NCBI GenBank assembly: GCA_030145325.1
Contig: JAQYVW010000005.1
Coordinates: 24,749 to 88,748 of the forward strand
Source of the DNA: Desulfurivibrionaceae bacterium
GTDB taxonomy: Bacteria > Desulfobacterota > Desulfobulbia > Desulfobulbales > UBA5123
Direction of reading: 5' to 3'
DNA length: 64,000 nt
How positions within the stretch are numbered: the stretch's first letter is position 1; every line of letters starts with the position of its first letter. Below, in pieces: positions 16,537-25,415 of this stretch. The notes under the pieces are model-generated. The model had not been told where the DNA came from, made no database searches, and was given only the letters and a program-made list of their open reading frames with translations. A program made the position numbers and the translations under genes.

Positions 16537-17553
16537 ATGTCAACCTGCGCTAAAACAATAAGTTGTCTTGCAATTTTAATACTGTTTTCGAGTATTTCTT
16601 TTACCGCCCAAGCAAACGAAGAAGAAACCAGCCTGTTTATGGCCGATGGGCAACTTAAATCTCATCCCATACGTATTTTTATTACCAAGGACATTACTGA
16701 AGATATGCACCCGCAATTAATCCTGCCTGGTAATCACTCTATTACTGAAGAAAAACAGAGCGAGAAAATCCCCACAAAACCAATGTATTTTGCTCGCAAC
16801 CAACAAAGTGAACAGGTGATAAACGGTAGCAAGGTAACCCTGACCGGGACGTTGTTACTGTTTGATATTGCTAACTATGATATCGATTGGTTTAAAGCTG
16901 TTACGCGGGTAACTCCTACTTTGACCTGGGAAATTGTTGATAGTACGGGGAAAAAGGTCAGACATTTTGCCATTGGTAACCGTGAAGTCTACCTTGGTAA
17001 TCCCATCCCAGGATTTTTGTGGCCGTTTTTCTTAACCTTTGCTTTGGTCTTTTTTATCGTTATTCTCTGCAAGATAGGGAATGCAAAAGTTATTGATTTG
17101 TTCTGTGATTATGATCGTCACCTGTCTTTATCCAGTACTCAGATTGCTTGTTGGACAATTACCATTGGCGGTGTTGTTGCGGGGTTTGGGTTTATGCGTT
17201 TAGAGGTTCCCCAGATACCTGCATCTTTGGTGGCCCTAATGGGGCTTTCGTTGGCAACCGGTGGTATAAGTTATCTGCACTCGAATAAGGTCAAGCAAGG
17301 TGATCTGCCCGATCTTCATGCCCATAAGCCCAATTTTTCAGATTTGTTGAAGGACTTTTCAAAAAACAAAGAGGGCGATTTGTCCTTAGCTCGTGCGCAA
17401 ATGGTGTTTTGGACAGGACTGACATTGATTTTATTTGTTGTTAAAAGTGTTTTAGACGTGCATTTATGGGAAGTTCCATGGGAAATGGTAGCCTTGATGG
17501 GCTTAAGCCAAGCGAGTTACTTGGCGCCCAAAATAGCTGCAAAATCCCAGTGA
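16537..17553 (+). CDS. hypothetical secreted/membrane protein with internally duplicated 2-TM module
   Basis: GGGAGG RBS before the ATG at 16537. Signal peptide MSTCAKTISCLAILILFSSISFTAQA. About 5 predicted TM helices. The repeated element ..W.T...EVP...VALMGLS occurs twice. The gene is AT-rich. Confidence 0.6.
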   Translation: MSTCAKTISCLAILILFSSISFTAQANEEETSLFMADGQLKSHPIRIFITKDITEDMHPQLILPGNHSITEEKQSEKIPTKPMYFARNQQSEQVINGSKVTLTGTLLLFDIANYDIDWFKAVTRVTPTLTWEIVDSTGKKVRHFAIGNREVYLGNPIPGFLWPFFLTFALVFFIVILCKIGNAKVIDLFCDYDRHLSLSSTQIACWTITIGGVVAGFGFMRLEVPQIPASLVALMGLSLATGGISYLHSNKVKQGDLPDLHAHKPNFSDLLKDFSKNKEGDLSLARAQMVFWTGLTLILFVVKSVLDVHLWEVPWEMVALMGLSQASYLAPKIAAKSQ

Positions 17554-17723
17554 TTTTATAATTTTATTTAGCCCTAATTTAAGGCTTGAGATGTTCAGTT
17601 CGCTTGATAATTAAGGTGAAATCAGGCCTCTAACTTCTTCCTTGGTTCAAGGTGAATCTTCGTAATCTGGAAATTAGGGTCCATTTGCTCACGGCTTTAC
17701 CGGTGAGAAAAAATACACCTTGG

Positions 17724-17752
17724 TTGACAGGATAGATGGACGGCATTAGATT
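17724..17752 (+). promoter_or_regulatory. candidate sigma70 promoter
   Basis: TTGACA, 17-nt spacer, TAGATT, about 120 nt upstream of the FmdB-like gene. Confidence 0.3.
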
Positions 17753-17872
17753 AGGGGAGTTATTCTGACTGTGGTCGATATTGGTTTTATGGTCGCAGCC
17801 AGTACGCGCCGGTGTACTCGGGGTTGCTGGCAACGACAAAATTATAGAGTTATTTGAAGGAGGTTAGTGCTA

Positions 17873-18148
17873 ATGCCAATTTATGAATATGAGTGTCAGG
17901 AGTGTCAGAAGGTTGTTGAGCAGTGGCAGAGTATATCGGAAGCTCCGTTGAGCTCTTGTCCTGAGTGTTCCGGCGAGATGAAGAAGCTGATTTCATCCAG
18001 TTCCTTTCAATTAAAAGGTGGTGGTTGGTATGCCGATGGCTATAGCAACTGCGGTTCGGCCAGTGCCAGTAGCTCTTCGTCAACCGATAGCGCTAAGGGT
18101 AGCAGTTGTCCGGCGGCTGGCGGCGGTTGCGGCGGCTGCGGGAGCTGA
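17873..18148 (+). CDS. FmdB-family zinc-ribbon regulatory protein
   Basis: MPIYEYEC.EC...CPEC signature followed by a Ser/Gly/Cys-rich tail. AAGGAGG sits 9 nt before this ATG. Confidence 0.8.
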   Translation: MPIYEYECQECQKVVEQWQSISEAPLSSCPECSGEMKKLISSSSFQLKGGGWYADGYSNCGSASASSSSSTDSAKGSSCPAAGGGCGGCGS

Positions 18149-18168
18149 TAGTTTTTTTGTGGCGGGGG

Positions 18169-19254
18169 TCAGACAATGATCGCCATGGCGTCACCGTAAC
18201 TGTAAAAACGGTAGCCATTAGCGATGGCGTGTTTGTACCCCCGAAAAATTTTCTCCTGCCCGGCCAGGGCCGAGATCATGAACAACAGGGATGACTGCGG
18301 GAGGTGGAAGTTGGTGATGAGCCGATTGACCACCCGGAAGCGGTAGCCCGGATAGATATACAAGTCGCACAATCCTTCCTTTTTTAATACCTCTCCCTCT
18401 TTATTAGCGGCAAATTCCAGCGCTCGCACCGTTGTTGTTCCCACCGCCCAGACCATTTTCCCCTTGGCTTTGGTTGCGTTGATCAGTTTGGCGGTTTCGT
18501 TGCTGACGCTCAGGTATTCGGCGTGGATCTGGTGCTCGCGGATGTCGGTGACTCGCACCGGAGCGAAGGTGCCGTAGCCCACATGGAGGGTGACGGTGGC
18601 GATTTGCACTCCTTTGTTGCGTAGCTTTGCCAGCAAATCGTCGGTGAAGTGGAGTCCGGCGGTTGGTGCCGCCACGGCCCCGGTTTCACTGGCGTAGACG
18701 GTCTGGTATCGTTCTCGGTCGGTGGTGGTTTCAGCTTCGTCGCGGCGAATATATGGGGGCAACGGCATGCGGCCATGGTTGGCGAGCAACGGGTCGAGGT
18801 CACCCCGGAAGCGCAGTCGCACCCTCACTTTGCCGTCGGCGAGGATCTCCTCGATAATGCCGGTGAGGTGGTCGCCGAAGAGGAGCTTACTGGCCGGTTT
18901 CGGTCGTTTGGAGCTTTTCACCAAGCCGATGATCACCGCTTCCTGCCAACCGTCACCCTGGCTCTGCGTGGTATCCTTGGTCACTTGCGGGTAGGAGAGC
19001 AGCATTAGTTCCGCCCGACCGCCGGTCTCTTTTTTTCCCAGCAGGCGGGCCGGAAAGACCTTGGTGTTGTTTACCACCAGCAGGTCGCCTGCTTGCAGGT
19101 AATCGCTAATCTGGTGAAATTTGCGGTCAGTGAGATCATCATTCCGGCAGTCCATGACCAAGAGGCGCGATTCGTCACGTTGGTCGGCGGGAGCCTGGGC
19201 AATGTTTTCGGCCGGCAGGTCATAGTTGTATGAGTTGATATCGTATAAATCCAT
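18169..19254 (-). CDS. queA: S-adenosylmethionine:tRNA ribosyltransferase-isomerase
   Basis: N-terminal YDLPAENIAQ.P...RD.SRLLV and C-terminal YRFYSYGDAM are typical of QueA. Length 361 aa. Confidence 0.92.
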   Translation of the reverse strand: MDLYDINSYNYDLPAENIAQAPADQRDESRLLVMDCRNDDLTDRKFHQISDYLQAGDLLVVNNTKVFPARLLGKKETGGRAELMLLSYPQVTKDTTQSQGDGWQEAVIIGLVKSSKRPKPASKLLFGDHLTGIIEEILADGKVRVRLRFRGDLDPLLANHGRMPLPPYIRRDEAETTTDRERYQTVYASETGAVAAPTAGLHFTDDLLAKLRNKGVQIATVTLHVGYGTFAPVRVTDIREHQIHAEYLSVSNETAKLINATKAKGKMVWAVGTTTVRALEFAANKEGEVLKKEGLCDLYIYPGYRFRVVNRLITNFHLPQSSLLFMISALAGQEKIFRGYKHAIANGYRFYSYGDAMAIIV

Positions 19255-19352
19255 GTCGTTGCAGGTCTCGGTGCTGGCCGCTGAGCTGTTTTTTTAGAAG
19301 AATATCAAACGGCGGTTTATTGATGAGAAGGGGCGGGGTTGGCAAAAAACAA

Positions 19353-19553
19353 TCAGGGTAAGAGGTCAGTGCGCTGGGTGACATAGCAGAGCAGGAAGCC
19401 CACCGCCATGGCCATAATCCCTAAGCCGCGCAGAATATTAGGAGGCATTTCCGTTAGTTGTCGCAGCCAATCCTGCATCGCGGTGGGAAATGCGACATAG
19501 GGTAATCCCTCCAGGATCATGATTAGGCCGACAAGGGTGATCAACAGTTTCAT
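19353..19553 (-). CDS. DUF2065-like small membrane protein
   Basis: MKLLITLVGLIMILEGLPYVAFP...LRGLGIMAMAVGFLL is a two-TM pattern. Start placed at the internal Met. Confidence 0.6.
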   Translation of the reverse strand: MKLLITLVGLIMILEGLPYVAFPTAMQDWLRQLTEMPPNILRGLGIMAMAVGFLLCYVTQRTDLLP

Positions 19554-19664
19554 GGCCGCAATCCTACCAAGGGCAACGTGGAAATGCAACTACCGCGAAC
19601 CCTTCTGCTTGGCGAGGAAAAAGGGGGATGCATGTTGCCGGTTGAGCGTGTATAATCGCGCCTC

Positions 19665-20735
19665 ATGATTACTAGAAATAAAACTCGTCAAATAATGGTT
19701 GGAAATGTCCCGGTGGGCGGCGATGCACCTATCGCCGTGCAATCCATGACCAACACCGATACCCGCGATGTTGAGACCACCGTCGCCCAGATTGAACGGC
19801 TGGCTGCGGCGGGTTGTGAGATCATCCGGGTGGCGGTTCTTGATCTTGATGCCGCCAAAGCCATCCGCGAGATCCGCGACCGGATTACCATGCCGGTGAT
19901 TGCCGATATCCATTTCGATCATCGCCTGGCGGTGGCGGCCATGGAAAACGGCGCCCAGGGGATCAGGATTAATCCCGGCAATCTCGGTGGGGAGGACAAA
20001 CTGGTTAGTGTGGTCGCTGCCGCCAAGAGTCATCAGGTGCCGATTAGGGTGGGGGTTAACTCCGGCTCGGTGGAAAAGGATATCCTCAAGAAACATGGTC
20101 ATCCCACCCCGGCGGCGCTGGTGGAAAGTGCGCTACGCAACGTGGCGTTATTGGAGGAGCTTGACTTCCGGGAGATCAAGATTTCTCTGAAATCATCGGA
20201 TGCCTTGGCCACCATCGACTCTTACCGACTCCTTTCTCAGCAATGCGATTATCCTCTGCATCTCGGAGTTACCGAAGCGGGTGGGTTGATTGCCGGTACC
20301 GTCAAGTCAAGTGTTGCCTTGGGGATGCTGTTGTACGAGGGGATCGGCGATACCATGCGTATTTCTCTCACCCGTGCCCCCGAGGAAGAGATTCGGGTCT
20401 GTTACGAATTACTACGTAGTCTGCATATCCGAATGCGGGGGCCGGAGTTGATCTCTTGCCCCACTTGCGGGCGATGTCAGGTTAATCTCTTTGGCATTGC
20501 CGAGGAGGTGGAGCGCTATATCCAGACCATGACCGTGCCGCTGAAGATTGCGGTGATGGGCTGTGTGGTCAACGGCCCCGGTGAGGCCCGCGAGGCTGAC
20601 TTGGGAATTGCCGGTGGCAATGGGGTGGGGATCATTTTTAAGAAGGGCAAGCTTTACAAAAAGGTGCCGGAGGCGGAACTGCTGGCCGTTTTTATTGAAG
20701 AATTGGACAAGATGGCCGCGCAGTTTGAGAAATAG
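19665..20735 (+). CDS. ispG: 4-hydroxy-3-methylbut-2-en-1-yl diphosphate synthase
   Basis: VGGDAPIAVQSMTNT, IRINPGN, and C-terminal Cys ligands CPTCGRC...MGCVVNGPGE. Confidence 0.93.
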   Translation: MITRNKTRQIMVGNVPVGGDAPIAVQSMTNTDTRDVETTVAQIERLAAAGCEIIRVAVLDLDAAKAIREIRDRITMPVIADIHFDHRLAVAAMENGAQGIRINPGNLGGEDKLVSVVAAAKSHQVPIRVGVNSGSVEKDILKKHGHPTPAALVESALRNVALLEELDFREIKISLKSSDALATIDSYRLLSQQCDYPLHLGVTEAGGLIAGTVKSSVALGMLLYEGIGDTMRISLTRAPEEEIRVCYELLRSLHIRMRGPELISCPTCGRCQVNLFGIAEEVERYIQTMTVPLKIAVMGCVVNGPGEAREADLGIAGGNGVGIIFKKGKLYKKVPEAELLAVFIEELDKMAAQFEK

Positions 20736-20745
20736 TGGCTGGCTG

Positions 20746-20811
20746 TTAGCTATTAGCTATTAGCTATTAGCTATTGGCTAACGGCTAACGGCTAACGGCT
20801 AACGGCTAACC
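20746..20811. repeat. two abutting heptanucleotide tandem arrays, (TAGCTAT)x4 then (GGCTAAC)x5
   Basis: Read directly from the sequence. The two arrays are imperfect reverse complements of each other (TTAGC vs GCTAA in each unit). Confidence 0.9.
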
Positions 20812-20863
20812 CAAAAACATCCGCCGAAATTTGTGCGGATGACAACATACACAGGGAAAAGAC

Positions 20864-22585
20864 ATGCGTTACTCGCAACTGTTGTTGCCGACCTTGAAAG
20901 AAACCCCGGCTGAGGCCGAGGTGGTCAGCCATAAATTGCTTCTTCGGGCTGGGTTTATCCGCAAGATTACCTCCGGGGTTTATTCCTATCTTCCCCTTGG
21001 TCTTGCCACCTTGCGGAAGGTGGAAAAGATTGTTCGGGAGGAGATGAACAACGGTGGCGCCCAAGAGGTGTTGTTGCCCATGGTGCAGCCTGCCGATCTC
21101 TGGCAGGAGTCGGGCCGTTGGGATAAGTATGGGCCTGAGTTGCTGCGTTTTAAAGACCGGCATGGACGGGAGAGTTGTCTTGGCCCCACCCATGAAGAGG
21201 TGATTACCACTTTGGTTCGTCGTGAGGTGCATTCCTATCGTGGCTTGCCCCTGAATCTTTACCAGATTCAGACCAAGTTTCGCGATGAGATCAGGCCCCG
21301 CTTTGGTTTGATGCGGGGGCGAGAGTTCATCATGAAGGATGGTTACAGCTTCGACGCCACCGAGGAGGATGCTGGCAAGACTTATGAGACTATGCATTAC
21401 GCTTATCACCGGGTGTTCAGCCGTTGTGGGCTCAAGTTCAGGGCCGTGGAGGCTGATACTGGTACCATCGGCGGTAATTTTTCCCACGAGTTCATGGTGC
21501 TGGCCGATACCGGTGAGGATACCCTGGTAATCTGTAAGAAATGCACCTACGCTGCCAATATGGAAAAGGCCACGGCCATGGCGCCGGTTGCTCCTGTTGA
21601 AGAGGTGGCTTTGTTGCCGTTGGCGAAGAAAGAGACCCCTGGTAAGCGCAAGGTTGGCGCGGTTACAGAATTTTTAGGAATCACTGCCCAAGAGTTGGTT
21701 AAGACCATGGTTTATTTGGTTGACGGCCAGCCGGTGGCGGTGCTGCTTCGTGGCGATCATGAGGTGCAGCCGGTTAAGTTGAAGAATTTGCTTGGCGCGG
21801 TGGAGGTGGAGATGGCCGACGATAAGCAGGTCTTTGATGCCACCGGCGTTCCCACCGGCTATCTTGGCCCCATTGGGCTGAAGATTCGGGTGGTGGCTGA
21901 TCGCGAAGTGGCGTTAATGAAAAACTTTGTGGTTGGCGCCAACGAGAAGAATTTCCACTCCCTTAACGTTAATCTGGGTCGTGATTTTGAGGTGGAGGAT
22001 GTCGCTGACCTGAGGATGGTCACCGAGGATGATCGCTGTCCGGTTTGTGGGGCGGAGCTTAATCTCACCCGTGGCATCGAAGTTGGTCATATCTTCAAGC
22101 TTGGCAAAACTTACAGCCAGGCGCTGAACGGTGTTTTTCTTGATAATCAGGGCCAGGAACAGCATTATGTGATGGGCTGTTACGGGATTGGCGTCAGTCG
22201 CACGGTGGCTGCGTCCATCGAACAGAATCACGATAAGGACGGGATTATCTTTCCGCTGCCCATCGCTCCTTTTCAGGTTGTGGTGCTAAATCTTTCACCC
22301 AACGATGAAGTGATCACCGCTGCTGCCGAGAAGCTCTATCTGGAGTTCAAGCAGCAAGGGGTCGACGTTCTCATCGATGATCGTGATGAGCGGCCAGGCA
22401 GTAAGTTCAAGGATGCCGATTTGATTGGTATTCCTTATCGGTTGACGGTGGGTAAGAGTTTCGCCAAGGAAGGGGTTGTTGAGATTCGTAAGCGGGTTGA
22501 CGGTGAAACTTCATCCCTACCGTTAGCGGAGGTGGTGCCGGATTTGACTGCCAGGATTCGCACCGAATTGGCTGCCGTTGTTTGA
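20864..22585 (+). CDS. proS: prolyl-tRNA synthetase (bacterial type with insertion domain)
   Basis: MRYSQLLLPTLKETPAEAEVVSHKLLLRAGFIRK... class II motifs. Length 573 aa. Confidence 0.95.
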   Translation: MRYSQLLLPTLKETPAEAEVVSHKLLLRAGFIRKITSGVYSYLPLGLATLRKVEKIVREEMNNGGAQEVLLPMVQPADLWQESGRWDKYGPELLRFKDRHGRESCLGPTHEEVITTLVRREVHSYRGLPLNLYQIQTKFRDEIRPRFGLMRGREFIMKDGYSFDATEEDAGKTYETMHYAYHRVFSRCGLKFRAVEADTGTIGGNFSHEFMVLADTGEDTLVICKKCTYAANMEKATAMAPVAPVEEVALLPLAKKETPGKRKVGAVTEFLGITAQELVKTMVYLVDGQPVAVLLRGDHEVQPVKLKNLLGAVEVEMADDKQVFDATGVPTGYLGPIGLKIRVVADREVALMKNFVVGANEKNFHSLNVNLGRDFEVEDVADLRMVTEDDRCPVCGAELNLTRGIEVGHIFKLGKTYSQALNGVFLDNQGQEQHYVMGCYGIGVSRTVAASIEQNHDKDGIIFPLPIAPFQVVVLNLSPNDEVITAAAEKLYLEFKQQGVDVLIDDRDERPGSKFKDADLIGIPYRLTVGKSFAKEGVVEIRKRVDGETSSLPLAEVVPDLTARIRTELAAVV

Positions 22586-22611
22586 TCTTGCCAACTGGAT
22601 AATTAACTCCC

Positions 22612-24765
22612 ATGCCGACTATTAACGACGTTATCTTACGAGCCCAGGCCTACCTGCCTGGCGACGACCTTGTTCCTCTGCGCAAAGCGCATGAGTACGC
22701 TGCCAAGGTGCATGCCAATAAAAAGCGGCTGTCTGGAGAGCCGTATCTTTCCCATCTCCTGGCGGTGACCTATACCTTGACGGCCATGCGTCTCGATCTG
22801 CATTCGTTAATGGCTGGTCTTTTGCACGGCTCGCTTAAAGAGGCCGACTCCCCGGCGGCGGCAGAGCAGGAAATTCGTAAACTGTTCGGTAAGGATGTTG
22901 CGTCCATTGTTAGCGGCACCACCAAGATCACCAATGTTCACTTCAATAACCGCATTGCCTATCAGGCCGAGAATGTTCGGAAGATGTTTTTGGCCATGTC
23001 CACCGATATCAGGGTGTTGTTGATCAAGCTGGCTGACCGCTTTGATGATATGAAAACCCTTGGTGCTCTTTATCGTGAACGGCAGTTGGAAGTGGCTCAG
23101 GAAACCCTTGATCTCTACGCGCCGTTGGCCAGTCGTCTTGGTATCGACTGGTTGAAGCGCGAGCTTGAGGATCTCTCCTTCGAGTACCTACATCCCGCCG
23201 AGTATGCCGATCTTGCTAGCAAAATAGAAACTTCACTTGAAGAACGTCAGGAGTATGTCGATGAGGTGAAGGCAATCCTTTATGACAAGCTCCACGAGTT
23301 TGGGATCAGCGATTGCCATATCCTGGGGCGGCCCAAGCATCTCTATTCCATCTATAATAAGCTGATCGTTCAGGATATTCCGTTGGAGAAGGTGTACGAC
23401 AAGGTTGCCTTCCGGATCATCTTGAAATCGGTGAAGGATTGCTACGCTGCCTTGGGGCTAGTGCATTCGTTGTGGACGCCGGTTGAGGGTCGTTTTAAGG
23501 ATTTTGTCAGCAAGCCCAAGGCCAATGGGTACCGTTGTGTTCATACCTCGGTGGTGGGGTTGCATGGCGAGTTTATGGAGATTCAGATTCGTACCGAGGA
23601 GATGGACGAGATTGCCAAGGAAGGGCTTGCTGCTCACTGGGCCTATAAGGAAGGTCGGGCCATCTCCAAGAGTGATGTAAAGCTTTTTAAGTGGTTGAAA
23701 CAGTTGGTGCAGTCTCTCCATGATCTCAATGAGCCGCAGGAATTTCTCGAGGCGTTGAAAAGCGAATTGGAAAGCTCTCAGGTTTATGTGCTCACTCCCA
23801 ACGGGGAAGTACGAGAGATTATCATGGGTAGCACCCCCCTTGATTTTGCCTATAACGTTCATACCGAGGTGGGAAACCATTGCGTAGGGGCCAAGGTTAA
23901 TGGTCGTCTGGTGCCGTTGAAGTATGAACTCAAGAACGGTGATCAGGTGGAAATACTCACCTCCACCAGCCAGCATCCCAATCGCCGTTGGTTGAGTTTG
24001 GTGAAGACCAGTCGGGCCAAGAGTAGGGTGCGGCAGTGGTTGAATCGTGAAGAGCAAGAGAGGAACCTGAAGCGTGGTCAGGAACTTTGCGAGCGCGAGT
24101 TGCGCAAGCACCAACTCAATCTTAAAAAATTGATCAAGAGTGGTCATCTGCGGGAAATCTTGCGGATTTCTTCCAGTAATAGCTTGGAGGATTTACTGCG
24201 CGGAGTAGGAGCCGGCAGGCTCATCGTCGATGATATCGTTAAGCAACTTTTACCCGAGGAGATTCGTCCGCCGGAAGAGGTGGTGGAGGATGTCGTCGTT
24301 GCCAAATCAGCCACTCGGGGTGGGGGGGGCGGCGATGCCATTATCATTGATGGCATCAATGATGTGATGGTGCGGATTTCTAACTGTTGTATGCCGGTGC
24401 CCGGTGATGATGTGATGGGGTTTATTACTGCCGGGCGCGGTATTTCGGTGCACAAGGTCACCTGTGGGAACTTCAAGATTACTGATCCCGCCCGGCATGT
24501 GGCGGTGGAGTGGGCATCATCACAAAAGATCATTCATCGGGCGCAGATTATGGTGATTGCTCAAGACCAGAAGGGATTTCTGGCTGCCATGAGTAGCGCC
24601 ATCAGTGGTGATGATGCCAATATTATTAGCGTTGAGGCCCAAGCATCAGACGGAACAACGGCCCAGATCAAGGTAGTGGTGGAAATTACCGACCGACCGC
24701 ATCTGGAGCGACTTCTGCAGCACCTTCGGCAGTTGACGGGGGTTATTGAAGCTCGTAGGGGGTAA
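22612..24765 (+). CDS. relA: RelA/SpoT-family (p)ppGpp synthetase; hydrolase HD motif appears degenerate
   Basis: Synthetase motifs KANGYRCVHT and EIQIRTEEM, plus TGS and ACT regions. The N-terminal domain has LLHG in place of the canonical LLHD. Confidence 0.9.
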   Translation: MPTINDVILRAQAYLPGDDLVPLRKAHEYAAKVHANKKRLSGEPYLSHLLAVTYTLTAMRLDLHSLMAGLLHGSLKEADSPAAAEQEIRKLFGKDVASIVSGTTKITNVHFNNRIAYQAENVRKMFLAMSTDIRVLLIKLADRFDDMKTLGALYRERQLEVAQETLDLYAPLASRLGIDWLKRELEDLSFEYLHPAEYADLASKIETSLEERQEYVDEVKAILYDKLHEFGISDCHILGRPKHLYSIYNKLIVQDIPLEKVYDKVAFRIILKSVKDCYAALGLVHSLWTPVEGRFKDFVSKPKANGYRCVHTSVVGLHGEFMEIQIRTEEMDEIAKEGLAAHWAYKEGRAISKSDVKLFKWLKQLVQSLHDLNEPQEFLEALKSELESSQVYVLTPNGEVREIIMGSTPLDFAYNVHTEVGNHCVGAKVNGRLVPLKYELKNGDQVEILTSTSQHPNRRWLSLVKTSRAKSRVRQWLNREEQERNLKRGQELCERELRKHQLNLKKLIKSGHLREILRISSSNSLEDLLRGVGAGRLIVDDIVKQLLPEEIRPPEEVVEDVVVAKSATRGGGGGDAIIIDGINDVMVRISNCCMPVPGDDVMGFITAGRGISVHKVTCGNFKITDPARHVAVEWASSQKIIHRAQIMVIAQDQKGFLAAMSSAISGDDANIISVEAQASDGTTAQIKVVVEITDRPHLERLLQHLRQLTGVIEARRG

Positions 24766-24932
24766 TAATTAGGTAAACCGCTGAGGAGAGTTGAGCAGGG
24801 GGACAGCGCAAGAATGGCGTTGAAATGATATTGTTGCTTAGAAATTACTCCTTCCGGACAGCGTGAGCTTGACCGGAAGGAGTGAGCGAAGCAAGAAGAA
24901 TATGGAGCCGGGTTAAAGCCCGCCCGAAAAGA

Positions 24933-25127
24933 TCAAGCAGGTTTTACTACGGCGCCGGAGCGGATGCAGCGGGTGCAAACGCGCATGGACTTGCTGTTGC
25001 CGCCGGAGGTTGCCATCCGGACTTTTTGCAGATTGGGCAGCCAGCGTCGCCGGGTTTTATTATGGGCGTGACTGACGTTGTTGCCGGTAGCGGGTTTCTT
25101 GCCGCAAATTTCACATTCTTTAGCCAT
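24933..25127 (-). CDS. rpmB: 50S ribosomal protein L28
   Basis: [34 protein letters not shown].. (64 aa). Start placed at the internal Met of the longer ORF. Confidence 0.9.
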   Translation of the reverse strand: MAKECEICGKKPATGNNVSHAHNKTRRRWLPNLQKVRMATSGGNSKSMRVCTRCIRSGAVVKPA

Positions 25128-25415
25128 GATAGGACTCCTTGCTATTTTTTTGAAACCAGTTCTTATACCGTCTTTAAGGATCATTGGCAACTGTTTTGTG
25201 GGCTATTTTGTTAGTGCGCTTTTGTAAAAGACAGGATGGATGTTTTGAAGATGCTTAAGGTAATGATTGCTGGTTCGGATTCGCTGGAATTCCCCGGTGG
25301 CAATACTATTTTTAATTGACACTTGGTAAATAGGCATGGTAGCAATACCAAGGTTAAATTCTAATTCATATTTTTCTTAAATATCAATAATTTCTAATAC
25401 TAGAAAGTGTTTACA

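Noticed and set aside
20746-20811. CRISPR array
   Set aside because: The units are 7 nt with no spacers. These are simple tandem repeats, and no cas genes are present.
20792-21487. 231-aa ORF antisense to proS, and similar antisense ORFs at 23458..24147, 59657..60448, 60547..61215 and 62068..62700
   Set aside because: All lie fully inside confidently assigned genes on the other strand and lack motifs or RBS.
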